Positions 1 to 9,349 of a DNA stretch of 64,000 nucleotides are shown here, in pieces. The notes under the pieces are model-generated. The model saw only the letters and a program-made list of their open reading frames with translations, was not told where the DNA came from and ran no database searches. The DNA lies in the sequence record NC_028829.1; one strand, 5' to 3'. Made by a program: the position numbers and the translations under genes. The first letter of the stretch is position 1. The number at the start of each line of letters is the position of its first letter.

Positions 1-331
1 GTTCGCGAGGCAAAAATCGACGTTCAATCTCTTCTTGCGCTTGTGTTTTTTTCGTTTTCATGCCGATTACAAACGCATCACGTAATTGTCGTGCTTGCGA
101 TTCAGTAAATACAATCTGCGAAGAACGACCTGCCCAGATACGTTTCATATCACTGCGCCACAATTCGATACCGTTATCGAATTCGACCGTGTGCGTTGAA
201 ACTGAAAAACGTTCATGTTCTTCTTTCATTATACGACACATTTCATCAACTGAGTCTTGCATTTTGTGACGATCAGGGTCTTTTGGCTTCGAGCGACCTT
301 CAAGCTCGTAATCAGACCAACCTTTAGTCAT
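1..331 (-). CDS. hypothetical protein (3' end truncated by window edge)
   Basis: ATG at 331 overlapping stop of 324..671; reads MTKGWSDYELEG... open to position 1. Confidence 0.65.
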   Translation of the reverse strand, partial: MTKGWSDYELEGRSKPKDPDRHKMQDSVDEMCRIMKEEHERFSVSTHTVEFDNGIELWRSDMKRIWAGRSSQIVFTESQARQLRDAFVIGMKTKKTQAQEEIERRFLPRE

Positions 332-671
332 TTTTAACCTCTATTTTAATTTCGTGAAGATAATTACCTGGTGAACGATTATCTTTTGAACCGTAACCGA
401 GACGAACGTGCAATACATTTTCAGATGACTCAATCACAATGTGACGATTGAACTGGCGCATGTAAGAACCACTGCTTCGATCTAAAATCGACTGTTCGAC
501 GACTGCGACAATGTGTTCTAGATCGTCGTGCTCGTATTCGGGTAATTTTTCACCGTTTTTCTGAACGCCAGTCAGTAAGTACTTGCCTTCTTTAAGACAT
601 TCAGTTCTATTCCAGAATGTATCGTCTGTAATGTCGCCTACAGTAAGGCGACTAACGTCTTTTTTAATCAT
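324..671 (-). CDS. hypothetical protein
   Basis: Intact ORF in packed minus-strand operon. Confidence 0.8.
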   Translation of the reverse strand: MIKKDVSRLTVGDITDDTFWNRTECLKEGKYLLTGVQKNGEKLPEYEHDDLEHIVAVVEQSILDRSSGSYMRQFNRHIVIESSENVLHVRLGYGSKDNRSPGNYLHEIKIEVKND

Positions 672-674
672 AAT

Positions 675-1004
675 CTACTTCTTAAAAATTTGAAATGATG
701 CATGTGCATAACGACACCACGGCTTGTTGTACTCAGCAACGTATGCATCTGGCAGCATGTCGTTGAACTCGCGTAGAACCTTCTGTATCGTCTTCTCAGG
801 AACAGAAAGACGTATCCCGACGAATCGTACGCTCTTACCAGAAATGTTGCTACGATGCGTTGACGTGCGTTTCTCGCGATAAAGCTTGCCATAACCAACG
901 TTGTTACTACGCAGTACTTCTTTGAACAGCTTAGTTACTAAATCATTTGATGATACAGAAGCGTGACCGAAGTGAATATCGCTTGTCATAGTAATTTTTG
1001 TCAT
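675..1004 (-). CDS. hypothetical early protein (N-terminal SDIHFGH motif)
   Basis: First gene after promoter 1040-1068; start moved to MTKITM. Confidence 0.75.
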   Translation of the reverse strand: MTKITMTSDIHFGHASVSSNDLVTKLFKEVLRSNNVGYGKLYREKRTSTHRSNISGKSVRFVGIRLSVPEKTIQKVLREFNDMLPDAYVAEYNKPWCRYAHASFQIFKK

Positions 1005-1039
1005 AATTTTCTCGTTCTGTGTTTCGTTTTGATATACAC

Positions 1040-1068
1040 ATAATAGGTAAATTCTAAACACTCGTCAA
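1040..1068 (-). promoter_or_regulatory. sigma70-type early promoter
   Basis: TTGACG-17bp-TATTAT on minus strand, A-tract upstream. Confidence 0.8.
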
Positions 1069-1098
1069 GAACTTTTTTGATTAATTTTCTTCAGACCT

Positions 1099-1122
1099 AA
1101 AAAAAGCCCCGAACAAGGGGCT
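1099..1122 (-). terminator. intrinsic terminator
   Basis: AGCCCC/GGGGCT stem, T7 tract on minus strand. Confidence 0.85.
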
Positions 1123-1126
1123 GTTA

Positions 1127-1477
1127 TTAGCGCCAGTCTTTGAAAGACTCGTATGGTGTTTTCTCTATGGTAAAGACAGTTTTACCGTAAATGCGGTTGA
1201 TTTTATCGACTGACCAACCTTTCAAGAACTTTTGAACATACTCACGCGGGATTATTTGTTCGATCATTAAGTAGCGAGTATATGAATTATAATTCAATTT
1301 CGAATCGTCGAGCATGTCTAGCTCGTAATCTCGATTACCGAATTGGTCTTCTTTTAATAGCAAGCGACACTTCACTTGTGGTTTGCGATCTGTTACTGTC
1401 CACAGATCTATGTTTTCAGAACGGCCTACGACTTTCCAGTGCTTCTTCGAAAAGAATTGTGTTATCAAATTAATCAT
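1127..1477 (-). CDS. hypothetical protein
   Basis: Intact ORF ending just before terminator. Confidence 0.8.
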   Translation of the reverse strand: MINLITQFFSKKHWKVVGRSENIDLWTVTDRKPQVKCRLLLKEDQFGNRDYELDMLDDSKLNYNSYTRYLMIEQIIPREYVQKFLKGWSVDKINRIYGKTVFTIEKTPYESFKDWR

Positions 1478-1706
1478 AAGTCCCTACTACCTTTCTAAAC
1501 TTTCGCGCTTTTATGCGTTCTTTTTGCTCTTCTAGTTGCAAGAACTCAACAAGTGCTTCGACATTATCTCTCTCAACGACATAACTACCGCCGTAACCAT
1601 TCGGTTTAGTTACGGTTGTCCAGAATGGCCAATACCAAACCTTTTCTTGAATTTGATATACTTTTTTACCGTAGCCATTTTCTAGTTCAATAAATCTGAT
1701 TTTCAT
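1470..1706 (-). CDS. hypothetical protein
   Basis: Intact ORF, start moved to MKIRF. Confidence 0.75.
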   Translation of the reverse strand: MKIRFIELENGYGKKVYQIQEKVWYWPFWTTVTKPNGYGGSYVVERDNVEALVEFLQLEEQKERIKARKFRKVVGTYD

Positions 1707-2239
1707 CATGACTCCAACCATTTTAGCGTGCGTTCTAAACGCTTCGGGTTAAACCAATTGTTGATAAAGTCTTTGCAATTGCTCTGACCGCGTTTCTTCA
1801 CGCCACAGAAACGATGTTGGTAAGTTTTCTTGATGACTTTCTCACCACACCCAGGGCATTCAAACTCATCACCAATTGACATTTCATCGGCAATCATGTA
1901 ACGAGTCTTTGCAAGTTTCTTACGTTGCGCGTCTGACATACCAACATCTACCATTAGATGATTCTGATACACTTTGTGTCTCGCTACGTCAGGGTAGTTA
2001 TCAAATGTGATTTTTAGATAACGCTCTGATGGCTGTGTCATCTTTTGCAACAACTCGCGTTTGATTCTGAACATATCGAACATGTCATCGACGGGATGAA
2101 GAGAAATAAACTCTTCATCTTCGTCTAGTTCTGAAACGTTACGGGGTGTAACGTCACGTTGCATGAGAGTTTTCACTAGATCTTCAAGCTTGGATACTCG
2201 CCTTTTCAACGCGATGATTTCTGCTCTATGACTATTCAT
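1706..2239 (-). CDS. hypothetical protein with C-terminal Cys cluster (CPGC...C...C), possible Zn finger
   Basis: FECPGCGEKV...HRFCG...NCKD. Confidence 0.75.
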   Translation of the reverse strand: MNSHRAEIIALKRRVSKLEDLVKTLMQRDVTPRNVSELDEDEEFISLHPVDDMFDMFRIKRELLQKMTQPSERYLKITFDNYPDVARHKVYQNHLMVDVGMSDAQRKKLAKTRYMIADEMSIGDEFECPGCGEKVIKKTYQHRFCGVKKRGQSNCKDFINNWFNPKRLERTLKWLES

Positions 2240-2722
2240 TTACTCACCAAATGTAATTGCTTTGTTTTGTGTCGGCGATGCGAAACGAATCAAGTGGCTG
2301 AACTTCAGTAAGATTTCCTCTTGACTAAAGTAATACCCGCCAATGAAACAGCCGTTTTCATGATCTGGTCGTAGTGAAACGCTCATCAACGGCCCACCTG
2401 CAAGTTCCATGCACTTTTGTAAACCCGCAGCGGTATCCCAAAGATTACCTTTGAATTCTTCATAGTGATAACCTTTGTTCTTGAATACAGTACCACCTTT
2501 CATTCGGAGCTTGAATGTGCGCCCCGCAAACCCACCTTGCTCGCCGATTGTAAAGTGACGCCAAACACCGTCTGTGTTACTGATCAGAAAACGACCGTGG
2601 CGTTCATATACTGCTTCGGCTGGAAGTCGATCTACAATTAGATTGAAACTACCTTGTGCGATTGATGAACCGCACATCATACCAGTTGTTAAATTGTTAA
2701 TGTGAATTGCATATACTTTCAT
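2240..2722 (-). CDS. hypothetical protein
   Basis: Intact ORF abutting neighbours. Confidence 0.8.
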   Translation of the reverse strand: MKVYAIHINNLTTGMMCGSSIAQGSFNLIVDRLPAEAVYERHGRFLISNTDGVWRHFTIGEQGGFAGRTFKLRMKGGTVFKNKGYHYEEFKGNLWDTAAGLQKCMELAGGPLMSVSLRPDHENGCFIGGYYFSQEEILLKFSHLIRFASPTQNKAITFGE

Positions 2723-3546
2723 TACGCACCTACAATGTGTTTTAAGTCACGAGCAATTTTCTCGTAACGTTCTGCCATGATTTCGTTCGTTACGCTTTCG
2801 CGCATTGAAACAAGCGTGTCACCTCGCAATGCATTCGCTTCTTTCTCAAGCTGCTCGATGTACATGCGAATGTTATTAACCAACCCATCTGCAACATCGT
2901 GATTCCATGCCATTCGCTTATTGCTAAATCGCTTATCTTCTGTCACTTCACGAATGAACTCAAAAGGCGCGACGAATGCATCTGCATCTTCTTCGTTATT
3001 GAATTCAGCTTCGATGATGTAAAACGGGCGATTGGTGAATCGATCAGCGTCATAATGCACATCGTCAACATCGCCTGACCAACGAACTTTTTTAATCAAA
3101 CCAGTTGGTGTCACTTCAGTTGTATTGTGATTGAGCTTGTCATCTTTCTCAATCGCATCAACGATCAAATCTGTATAACCAGACTCTAGTGGAATGTTGA
3201 TTTCACGCTTTGAAATTCCGTCACCGTGAGGTAACTTGATAGTGAATTCAAGACTTTCAGATGAATCTTCATGCACAGTTCGACGCATACGAGCACCGAG
3301 CTTACGTAGATTCACGCCAGTTAAGTCAGGGCAATCTTTCGGTGCTTTGATTAGATAACCGCGATGTGCCTTCACTCGACTGTTGATATAAAACGAACCA
3401 TCAATAAAAGCGATTTCATTTTTCTTGAAATAACGTTGATATATGTTCATTCCCGTGGTGTCGCTGTCACGATAGCTCAGCCAGTTTACAAATTCGCGAT
3501 ATTGTTCGCCAGTAACTAGCCATTTACGTTCGATTTCAATTTCCAT
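2722..3546 (-). CDS. CYTH/triphosphate-tunnel metalloenzyme-like protein
   Basis: N-terminal EIERKWLV (ExExK), RMRR, IEAEF and REVTEDKRFSN motifs. Confidence 0.75.
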   Translation of the reverse strand: MEIEIERKWLVTGEQYREFVNWLSYRDSDTTGMNIYQRYFKKNEIAFIDGSFYINSRVKAHRGYLIKAPKDCPDLTGVNLRKLGARMRRTVHEDSSESLEFTIKLPHGDGISKREINIPLESGYTDLIVDAIEKDDKLNHNTTEVTPTGLIKKVRWSGDVDDVHYDADRFTNRPFYIIEAEFNNEEDADAFVAPFEFIREVTEDKRFSNKRMAWNHDVADGLVNNIRMYIEQLEKEANALRGDTLVSMRESVTNEIMAERYEKIARDLKHIVGA

Positions 3547-3833
3547 TAGTCTGCCGCTCGTGTAATAAAGTTGTCGTTTTCATCAAGTCCGTGATGTACA
3601 CGGTAGTGCTCATCAACTAATTGCTTAACAGTCGTTGCGTTTAACCCGCGTGAAGCTTCGATAAGTTTAATATCGTGCTCGATTGATGTAATCTGTACTG
3701 CAATGTCAGAAATGATTTTCTGAACAACTGCAATTTCACCACCTTGTTTGTGAGGCAATGCTACAACCCACCCGAATTGTTTTTTCTTCAGAGATTCGAG
3801 CTTTTCATTTAGTAATTCTAACGTGTACTGCAT
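3546..3833 (-). CDS. hypothetical protein
   Basis: Intact ORF, coupled stop/start. Confidence 0.8.
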   Translation of the reverse strand: MQYTLELLNEKLESLKKKQFGWVVALPHKQGGEIAVVQKIISDIAVQITSIEHDIKLIEASRGLNATTVKQLVDEHYRVHHGLDENDNFITRAAD

Positions 3834-4102
3834 TAGATAGTCTCCACTGTTTTGTCTATCTTACCACATTTCACGCACGTCATAATGATAATACGCTTGC
3901 GTGACGTGAGTTCTTGCATGTGATATGAGTTACGAGGTGTTGGGACGTTGCCTGTCATTTCGCCGTATACTTCACCACTTGATTTCGTTGTTTCGTCTTT
4001 GACGATCATCCAGTCATGCTTGCAGTCTTTTTTGCAAGTCAGATATATGGCAATACAAGCACATACTCCCGAGAAAATAAGCCATTCCATGATTAACCCC
4101 AC
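3833..4102 (-). CDS. hypothetical membrane-anchored protein with Cys/His motifs
   Basis: N-terminal hydrophobic stretch, CKHDW and CVKC. Confidence 0.75.
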   Translation of the reverse strand: MGLIMEWLIFSGVCACIAIYLTCKKDCKHDWMIVKDETTKSSGEVYGEMTGNVPTPRNSYHMQELTSRKRIIIMTCVKCGKIDKTVETI

Positions 4103-4545
4103 TTACGGTCAAATGTCACTGTGTTGATGATGTAGTCTTGACTAGCACTGCACCACTCGATTGTGTAACGCTGCTCGTGCGTGCATAGACGATCTTCATT
4201 CCATCTTTCAGCACAATTGTTGATAAGTTCTTCAACGTCAGCGATTGTACGTTCGCTTGCACGCTCTGAGAAAAGCACATCAAATGAATCTTCTGTAATG
4301 ATAACAATCGTGTAGCTGTTTTTATGAAAGTTGATTGTCGCATCTAGCGGTTCGAGTACATTAAAGTGATCACATAGCGGTATGCTAGGGTGAACTGCAT
4401 CAAAAACAAATTGATTGTACTTCGCAGCAAACAAACGAATGCCAGTGCCTTCGACGTTAGAGATCATTTCTTCCCAAATTCGAAGACCGGTTTGTCGCTC
4501 AACATCTTGAAAAGACCAAAGTACAGGTGATAATGAGTAAATCAT
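4093..4545 (-). CDS. hypothetical protein
   Basis: Intact ORF, start moved to MIYSLSP. Confidence 0.7.
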   Translation of the reverse strand: MIYSLSPVLWSFQDVERQTGLRIWEEMISNVEGTGIRLFAAKYNQFVFDAVHPSIPLCDHFNVLEPLDATINFHKNSYTIVIITEDSFDVLFSERASERTIADVEELINNCAERWNEDRLCTHEQRYTIEWCSASQDYIINTVTFDRKWG

Positions 4546-4555
4546 AATGCGCTCC

Positions 4556-4864
4556 TTATAGTGCGATACCGTGAACAGATTCTGTGTCGTTTTCTTCGTA
4601 GATTTCAAAAAGCATTTCTGACATTGATTCGTTGAAGATAAGACCGATTTCATCGACGTGATCGAAGTCACTTGCTTGAACTGCTTTTGCTAATGCAAGA
4701 ACATCTTCGCGTGACAACTCAAGATGGTACAACAACTCAAGTTCATACACAGTAGAGTCTAGAACTGTCTTTGTTTTAACAAAGTTCATGATTGGAGCAC
4801 TTAGTGCTGAATCAAGTACGCAGAAGATAGCTAGTTGTTCTTTGTTTGTAGATAGTGTAATCAT
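4556..4864 (-). CDS. hypothetical early protein
   Basis: AGAGAACATTATG start after promoter cassette. Confidence 0.8.
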   Translation of the reverse strand: MITLSTNKEQLAIFCVLDSALSAPIMNFVKTKTVLDSTVYELELLYHLELSREDVLALAKAVQASDFDHVDEIGLIFNESMSEMLFEIYEENDTESVHGIAL

Positions 4865-4937
4865 AATGTTCTCTTTAGTCGTTGTCGTTTCGATGTAGCT
4901 ATAATACAAAAAAGGGCTGACATCTGTCAACCCTTTT
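4862..4937 (-). promoter_or_regulatory. early promoter cassette with -35 inside terminator hairpin
   Basis: TTGACA(4925-30)-18bp-TATTAT(4901-06); GGGTTGAC-AGAT-GTCAGCCC-T6; conserved AGCTACATCGAAACGA leader and RBS. Confidence 0.8.
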
Positions 4938-5106
4938 CGAAAAGTTTTTTGATTTTGTCTATAAGTGACGGTGGCACGATGACTGGCTTTTCTTCTTCAG
5001 TGTAGCTAATAAATGGTCTGCGTGCTAAACTGTAGCAGTCATTGCACAGAATCATACCAACACCATCACTGTACCCGTCAGGGTGTCCGCAGATTTCACA
5101 CTTCAT
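4927..5106 (-). CDS. small hypothetical Zn-ribbon protein, 59 aa (not in ORF track)
   Basis: MKCEICGH...LCNDC; ATGA overlap with upstream gene; TGA stop lies in the next -35 box. Confidence 0.65.
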   Translation of the reverse strand: MKCEICGHPDGYSDGVGMILCNDCYSLARRPFISYTEEEKPVIVPPSLIDKIKKLFEKG

Positions 5107-5381
5107 AGAACAACCCCGACATCTTTCAAGAAAACTTTATTACCTTTGTATTCGAAGTATTTTCCGCGCTTACGATCTTCATGAATCGGTTTAAAGCGAA
5201 CAATACCAATACGACCTGTATCGTTGTTTCGTAATGCATACGCGATGCGTTTTACATTACGTGAAATCTCAGCAATCACCAATTGCTTGTTACCGAGATT
5301 CACTTTTGTATAAGCAAACGGTACGTGAAACCATTGATAGCTCATTTCATTTCCCGATGCATTAAAGAACGTAGTTTTCAT
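5103..5381 (-). CDS. hypothetical protein
   Basis: Intact ORF in operon. Confidence 0.75.
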   Translation of the reverse strand: MKTTFFNASGNEMSYQWFHVPFAYTKVNLGNKQLVIAEISRNVKRIAYALRNNDTGRIGIVRFKPIHEDRKRGKYFEYKGNKVFLKDVGVVL

Positions 5382-5741
5382 CTATACCTCTGATAGCGTC
5401 TGTGCGTCGATTTGAGACATTTTAAGTTGAACGGGACCACATACAAAGCCTACGTCTGTTCCGCCCCATATGCCTACGCTACGTTCGTTAGAGCCGCACA
5501 TACAGAACATATATGCTTTGCCTTCGATTAATTTCGGAGGTGGCTTGCGAATTGTACCGAATACGGCATGAACTTCTTCGACTGTATGATAGGCAAAATC
5601 GAAATTAGGAACCATCTGTACGATTCTAGATTCTCGAAATCCCCAATTGGGTTCAGTCTCAGTGACTTTATAATACGCGCCGATCTGATATTCGTTACCA
5701 GAAGCGTCTTTGATTATTTCTTCGGGTTGATAATTTGACAT
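5382..5741 (-). CDS. hypothetical protein
   Basis: Intact ORF in operon. Confidence 0.75.
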   Translation of the reverse strand: MSNYQPEEIIKDASGNEYQIGAYYKVTETEPNWGFRESRIVQMVPNFDFAYHTVEEVHAVFGTIRKPPPKLIEGKAYMFCMCGSNERSVGIWGGTDVGFVCGPVQLKMSQIDAQTLSEV

Positions 5742-5743
5742 GA

Positions 5744-6118
5744 TTAATCTTCACAATTTTCAAGTTCAATTCGAAGCTCGTTTGTTAGAACGACATCTTC
5801 CCAATTTGTTTCAGGACAACATACAAACCATTTACCGTCTTTAAACATGTAGTTGTATTCTTGCTCGGGGATGTTGTCGATGTAAATCGTAAGGTCTTCA
5901 CCACGATCACGAGCGTAGAAAACGCTATCTTCGATTGTACCACTAAGTGAGCTACATTCACCTTGATCGATAAGTGCATTGATTTCGTTTTCTGTACGGT
6001 AGAACTGAAGTAGATTGTCAGCTACACCACCACCCCATAAACCACCATCCCAGTGACAGTAGATTGAACGAACTTGACCGTTTTCTTGTGTAATGCTAAT
6101 GCTTGAATTTGTGCTCAT
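5744..6118 (-). CDS. conserved phage hypothetical protein (IYCHWDG type)
   Basis: SIYCHWDG motif; start moved to MSTNSS. Confidence 0.75.
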   Translation of the reverse strand: MSTNSSISITQENGQVRSIYCHWDGGLWGGGVADNLLQFYRTENEINALIDQGECSSLSGTIEDSVFYARDRGEDLTIYIDNIPEQEYNYMFKDGKWFVCCPETNWEDVVLTNELRIELENCED

Positions 6119-6480
6119 TAAATTGCTTCCCATGTTGTGATTGTTACTTCGCGTGCTGGTTCCCATTCATACTGCTCTAAGCATTCTTGAACTGAGTACC
6201 AATAAGGGTCGATTGCGTCTGATAAGATCCAATAACCGACTAGCTCTGGGTCAATATCTCGCTCTTCGCATGAATCTTGACTTAACCAAGATGTTTTGAA
6301 TTTAGTATACGTGCCTTGTCGTATCTCTATGACATACTTCGCTTGTGGCACGCCCTTTCTATCTGCAAGATTGACAGTATCAATATGCGAGTAGTTGTGC
6401 TTGATTTGATCGAGCTGCTCTTCAGTGAATACCATAAGTACCTCAATATCCCAAGGAGCTGAAACAGTGTCGCCAGACAC
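6118..6480 (-). CDS. hypothetical protein
   Basis: Intact ORF in operon. Confidence 0.75.
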   Translation of the reverse strand: MSGDTVSAPWDIEVLMVFTEEQLDQIKHNYSHIDTVNLADRKGVPQAKYVIEIRQGTYTKFKTSWLSQDSCEERDIDPELVGYWILSDAIDPYWYSVQECLEQYEWEPAREVTITTWEAI

Positions 6481-6509
6481 TCAGCTCCGCAGGAACGCCG
6501 ATTTTTGTA

Positions 6510-7244
6510 CTATTTTTGTACAATATATTCAATCTTGCCGTCTACTTCTTGTGGGATTGCTTTCTCAACAACGCCACTGAAGTTAAATTGCTCAAGCGAG
6601 ATTGCCGCTTGCTGTTCGTCGCCAGTGCCGAATTCATTCACCGGTTTCACGTCAACCTTGATGATGTCTTCGCCAGCTACCGGCTCATTTTCAGGAATCG
6701 TGTAGAAAACACCACCCGTGTGATACAGAAGCTTCCACTTACCCCAGCCGTCCTCGGTAAACGTCTGAACACGGAAGATAGCGTCGCGCCTTGGCATCTG
6801 AATAGTGTAGCGAGTGTCGCACTCAGGGCAATGACGTACCGAACGACCTCTGAAGTCTTGCGAACGCACACTAAGCAATCTGTGGTCTTCAGTATGACAT
6901 AGACATTTATCGTCTGGTGTTTGGTAGTGGTAGCGCATAATCTCAACTGAAGTCGCAATACCGCAGAAGTATGGCGCGTGAATTGCTTCTTTCGGCACAC
7001 GCTCGTCAATAACGTAGGCATAAACGTAGTTCTGTTGCATATTGTCTCTAAACAACAGCACTTCGATTTGCCCGTCAGGCAAGTAATCGTTAGCTACTAG
7101 ATGTTTAAGATTCTCTGCCCATAAGTTGACAAAGTAATAACCTTGTGAGTTGCTACAGTAATTTCCGTGTGCGAACGGGAATGAACCTGATACACCACAA
7201 AGAGACGACATCCCGATTCTTGCGTCGATTTTAGTTTTTTTCAT
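6510..7244 (-). CDS. hypothetical Cys-rich protein
   Basis: 244-aa ORF, CLCH and HCPEC motifs. Confidence 0.8.
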   Translation of the reverse strand: MKKTKIDARIGMSSLCGVSGSFPFAHGNYCSNSQGYYFVNLWAENLKHLVANDYLPDGQIEVLLFRDNMQQNYVYAYVIDERVPKEAIHAPYFCGIATSVEIMRYHYQTPDDKCLCHTEDHRLLSVRSQDFRGRSVRHCPECDTRYTIQMPRRDAIFRVQTFTEDGWGKWKLLYHTGGVFYTIPENEPVAGEDIIKVDVKPVNEFGTGDEQQAAISLEQFNFSGVVEKAIPQEVDGKIEYIVQK

Positions 7245-7393
7245 TTGATACTATATCCGTCATTAGTGAAACACCGAAGCCGATTACAACCATCGCAGGT
7301 GCGATGAGCATCATTGGGCTGTGTGCGTATAAAGAAGGTGTCATTACACCAACTGCATAGATTGCGACTATTCGAAATAGCGTGAATATTGCT

Positions 7394-7672
7394 TTAGGCA
7401 TTTTTCTTACTCATTTTTTCATTGAGGTAAGTAATCAGGTGTTTTACTGGCGCCTGCACATCTTTAACGAATGTTTTTCTATTATCGAACCACATTTCAA
7501 AAATTAGCCATGAACTGACACCAATCGCCATCCCAGGTAGCAACCCGATGATTGTCGGTACTGCATGTTCATACATTGACGATGCAATGAATACATTGAA
7601 CGTGATTATAAACGCATGATAGTAAGTTAAACATACGTGACGTTTCCATATCATTTCTTTTTGTACTGTCAC
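7394..7672 (-). CDS. hypothetical membrane protein
   Basis: Two hydrophobic segments. Confidence 0.75.
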   Translation of the reverse strand: MTVQKEMIWKRHVCLTYYHAFIITFNVFIASSMYEHAVPTIIGLLPGMAIGVSSWLIFEMWFDNRKTFVKDVQAPVKHLITYLNEKMSKKNA

Positions 7673-7674
7673 TA

Positions 7675-7914
7675 CTATTCTCCAAGCTCAAGTTCTTCAA
7701 TGATTTCTGAAATTGCCATGCCAGCCGCAACATCTGCGCCTAGACGAGCAACAGCCATACCTCTGATTTCGCCTTCAGTTAGACCGTCGATGATCTCAAC
7801 TGCGTCGCGAATCGGTGATGTTGCATGATGCACAGTCTGACCAATCGGGTCGTTGATGAAGTCGTCTACTGTGTTAACTGCACTGTCAAATATATCTTCT
7901 ACAAAACCAAACAT
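7675..7914 (-). CDS. small acidic hypothetical protein
   Basis: AGGAAAA RBS; D/E-rich. Confidence 0.8.
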   Translation of the reverse strand: MFGFVEDIFDSAVNTVDDFINDPIGQTVHHATSPIRDAVEIIDGLTEGEIRGMAVARLGADVAAGMAISEIIEELELGE

Positions 7915-7925
7915 GATGTTTTCCT

Positions 7926-8156
7926 TTAAATGTGTGTTAGTGTTGCGTTGTCAGCTAGACGAAACAGCTCAGTTTCATCTAAGCGAGTACCATCGGTGAA
8001 AATGTAAATGCTGTCATCGTCATACACGGCAACGAAGTGACCGCGAATCAACCCGACATGAGTCGTAAATACTTCTTCAGTGCGAATATTCTGTACGCGA
8101 ATTGGCATACCGACTTGAACAACTTGTTCAACGTCAAAAACAGTTAGTTTCAACAT
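7926..8156 (-). CDS. hypothetical protein (paralog of 8158..8520)
   Basis: YIFTDGT..ETELFRL resembles YAFLDNG..ETGMYKF of neighbour. Confidence 0.7.
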   Translation of the reverse strand: MLKLTVFDVEQVVQVGMPIRVQNIRTEEVFTTHVGLIRGHFVAVYDDDSIYIFTDGTRLDETELFRLADNATLTHI

Positions 8157-8157
8157 A

Positions 8158-8520
8158 TTATTTCCCTTGATTGAATAATTCATTCGTACTGTCAATGTAC
8201 AGTGAACGATACTTAGCAGGTCGCTCGAATTTGTACATGCCAGTTTCCATTAACTCACCGTTGTCGAGAAACGCATATGTTTCATTTTCAACGTCGATTC
8301 GACACAAGCTAGTGCGATCATCGTTCATAACGCGATACACATTTGAGTGGTCGATTGATGCATTCTCAAGAAACGCTTTTTCGAACTCGTCTAGTGCAAC
8401 AATCACCCAACCGTCAGCTTGATTGAATTCATTATTGAACCAACCTAGTACTTCAGTTGTGATTTCAAGTTCGATGTGAGTTGTGCTTGTTACTGCGTTG
8501 TCGCGTAGATGAGTTTTCAT
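8158..8520 (-). CDS. hypothetical early protein
   Basis: AGAGAACATTATG start after promoter. Confidence 0.8.
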   Translation of the reverse strand: MKTHLRDNAVTSTTHIELEITTEVLGWFNNEFNQADGWVIVALDEFEKAFLENASIDHSNVYRVMNDDRTSLCRIDVENETYAFLDNGELMETGMYKFERPAKYRSLYIDSTNELFNQGK

Positions 8521-8551
8521 AATGTTCTCTGTATCTCGTTTCGATATAGCT

Positions 8552-8580
8552 ATATTAGGGGTATTCGTCATTTAATGCAA
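8552..8580 (-). promoter_or_regulatory. early promoter
   Basis: TTGCAT-17bp-TAATAT then AGCTATATCGAAACGAGATAC leader. Confidence 0.75.
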
Positions 8581-8609
8581 CCGTTTTTTGAATTATTTTC
8601 TTCAAACCG

Positions 8610-8631
8610 AAAAAAGACGCCGAAGCGTCTT
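8610..8631 (-). terminator. intrinsic terminator (UUCG loop)
   Basis: AAGACGC-TTCG-GCGTCTT plus T tract on minus strand. Confidence 0.85.
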
Positions 8632-8848
8632 AGAAGTATGATGGTTCATAGAAAACCCACATGTACGGTATGAATATCATCATTGACATGAAGAACAAAA
8701 ACATACATACGGCGATTCCGATTTCTGATTCATCTGACTCAGGTATCCACTCCATTGCTCCCGCTGTGAATAGAATAAGAAATGATTCTAACACAGTGAA
8801 CAAGATAGGCGACTTGATGATAGTGAAGTGAATCGCATCTAACATCAC
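8630..8848 (-). CDS. small membrane protein
   Basis: Two hydrophobic segments. Confidence 0.7.
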   Translation of the reverse strand: MMLDAIHFTIIKSPILFTVLESFLILFTAGAMEWIPESDESEIGIAVCMFLFFMSMMIFIPYMWVFYEPSYF

Positions 8849-9114
8849 TCACCTCTTGTTGGTGCGAGATCTGGTAAATGACTCATTACAGTTTCTTTTG
8901 ACCATACCATGCCATATGCCTCGACATAATCCCACTCAACACCTTTCTTCATAGTGCCGTTTAGAATCGCGCTGTGTTCGATGTCGTCTGCAAGATCAGC
9001 CAAGAAGTGTTCTTCACGGAAGACCCAACCACAGTTGCAGAAAATATAACCTAAATGTTCTCGCTCGCCGTCTTCATGAACAGCGAAGAAATGTGCAGTA
9101 CTAGGTGCGCTCAT
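8845..9114 (-). CDS. hypothetical protein
   Basis: Intact ORF, start moved to MSAPST. Confidence 0.7.
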   Translation of the reverse strand: MSAPSTAHFFAVHEDGEREHLGYIFCNCGWVFREEHFLADLADDIEHSAILNGTMKKGVEWDYVEAYGMVWSKETVMSHLPDLAPTRGE

Positions 9115-9115
9115 A

Positions 9116-9310
9116 TTAGCCTCCCATAGGCGTATAGAATAAGGCAACAAACGTCATGATGCCGTGAATAAATGATGAAAAGAATAACACAGCGCACTTT
9201 CTAAACGTAATTGCGTGCATTATCACGAGTGTTAGAGCAACAATGAAACACATTGTGATGATTTCATTGTCGTTCATTAGATGGAAGATTAAATCTGGTA
9301 CTTGGTTCAT
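9116..9310 (-). CDS. small membrane protein
   Basis: Hydrophobic; AAGGAG RBS. Confidence 0.7.
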   Translation of the reverse strand: MNQVPDLIFHLMNDNEIITMCFIVALTLVIMHAITFRKCAVLFFSSFIHGIMTFVALFYTPMGG

Positions 9311-9349
9311 GTGATACTCCTTTTTTAAGAGTATACACGAATCAAAACA

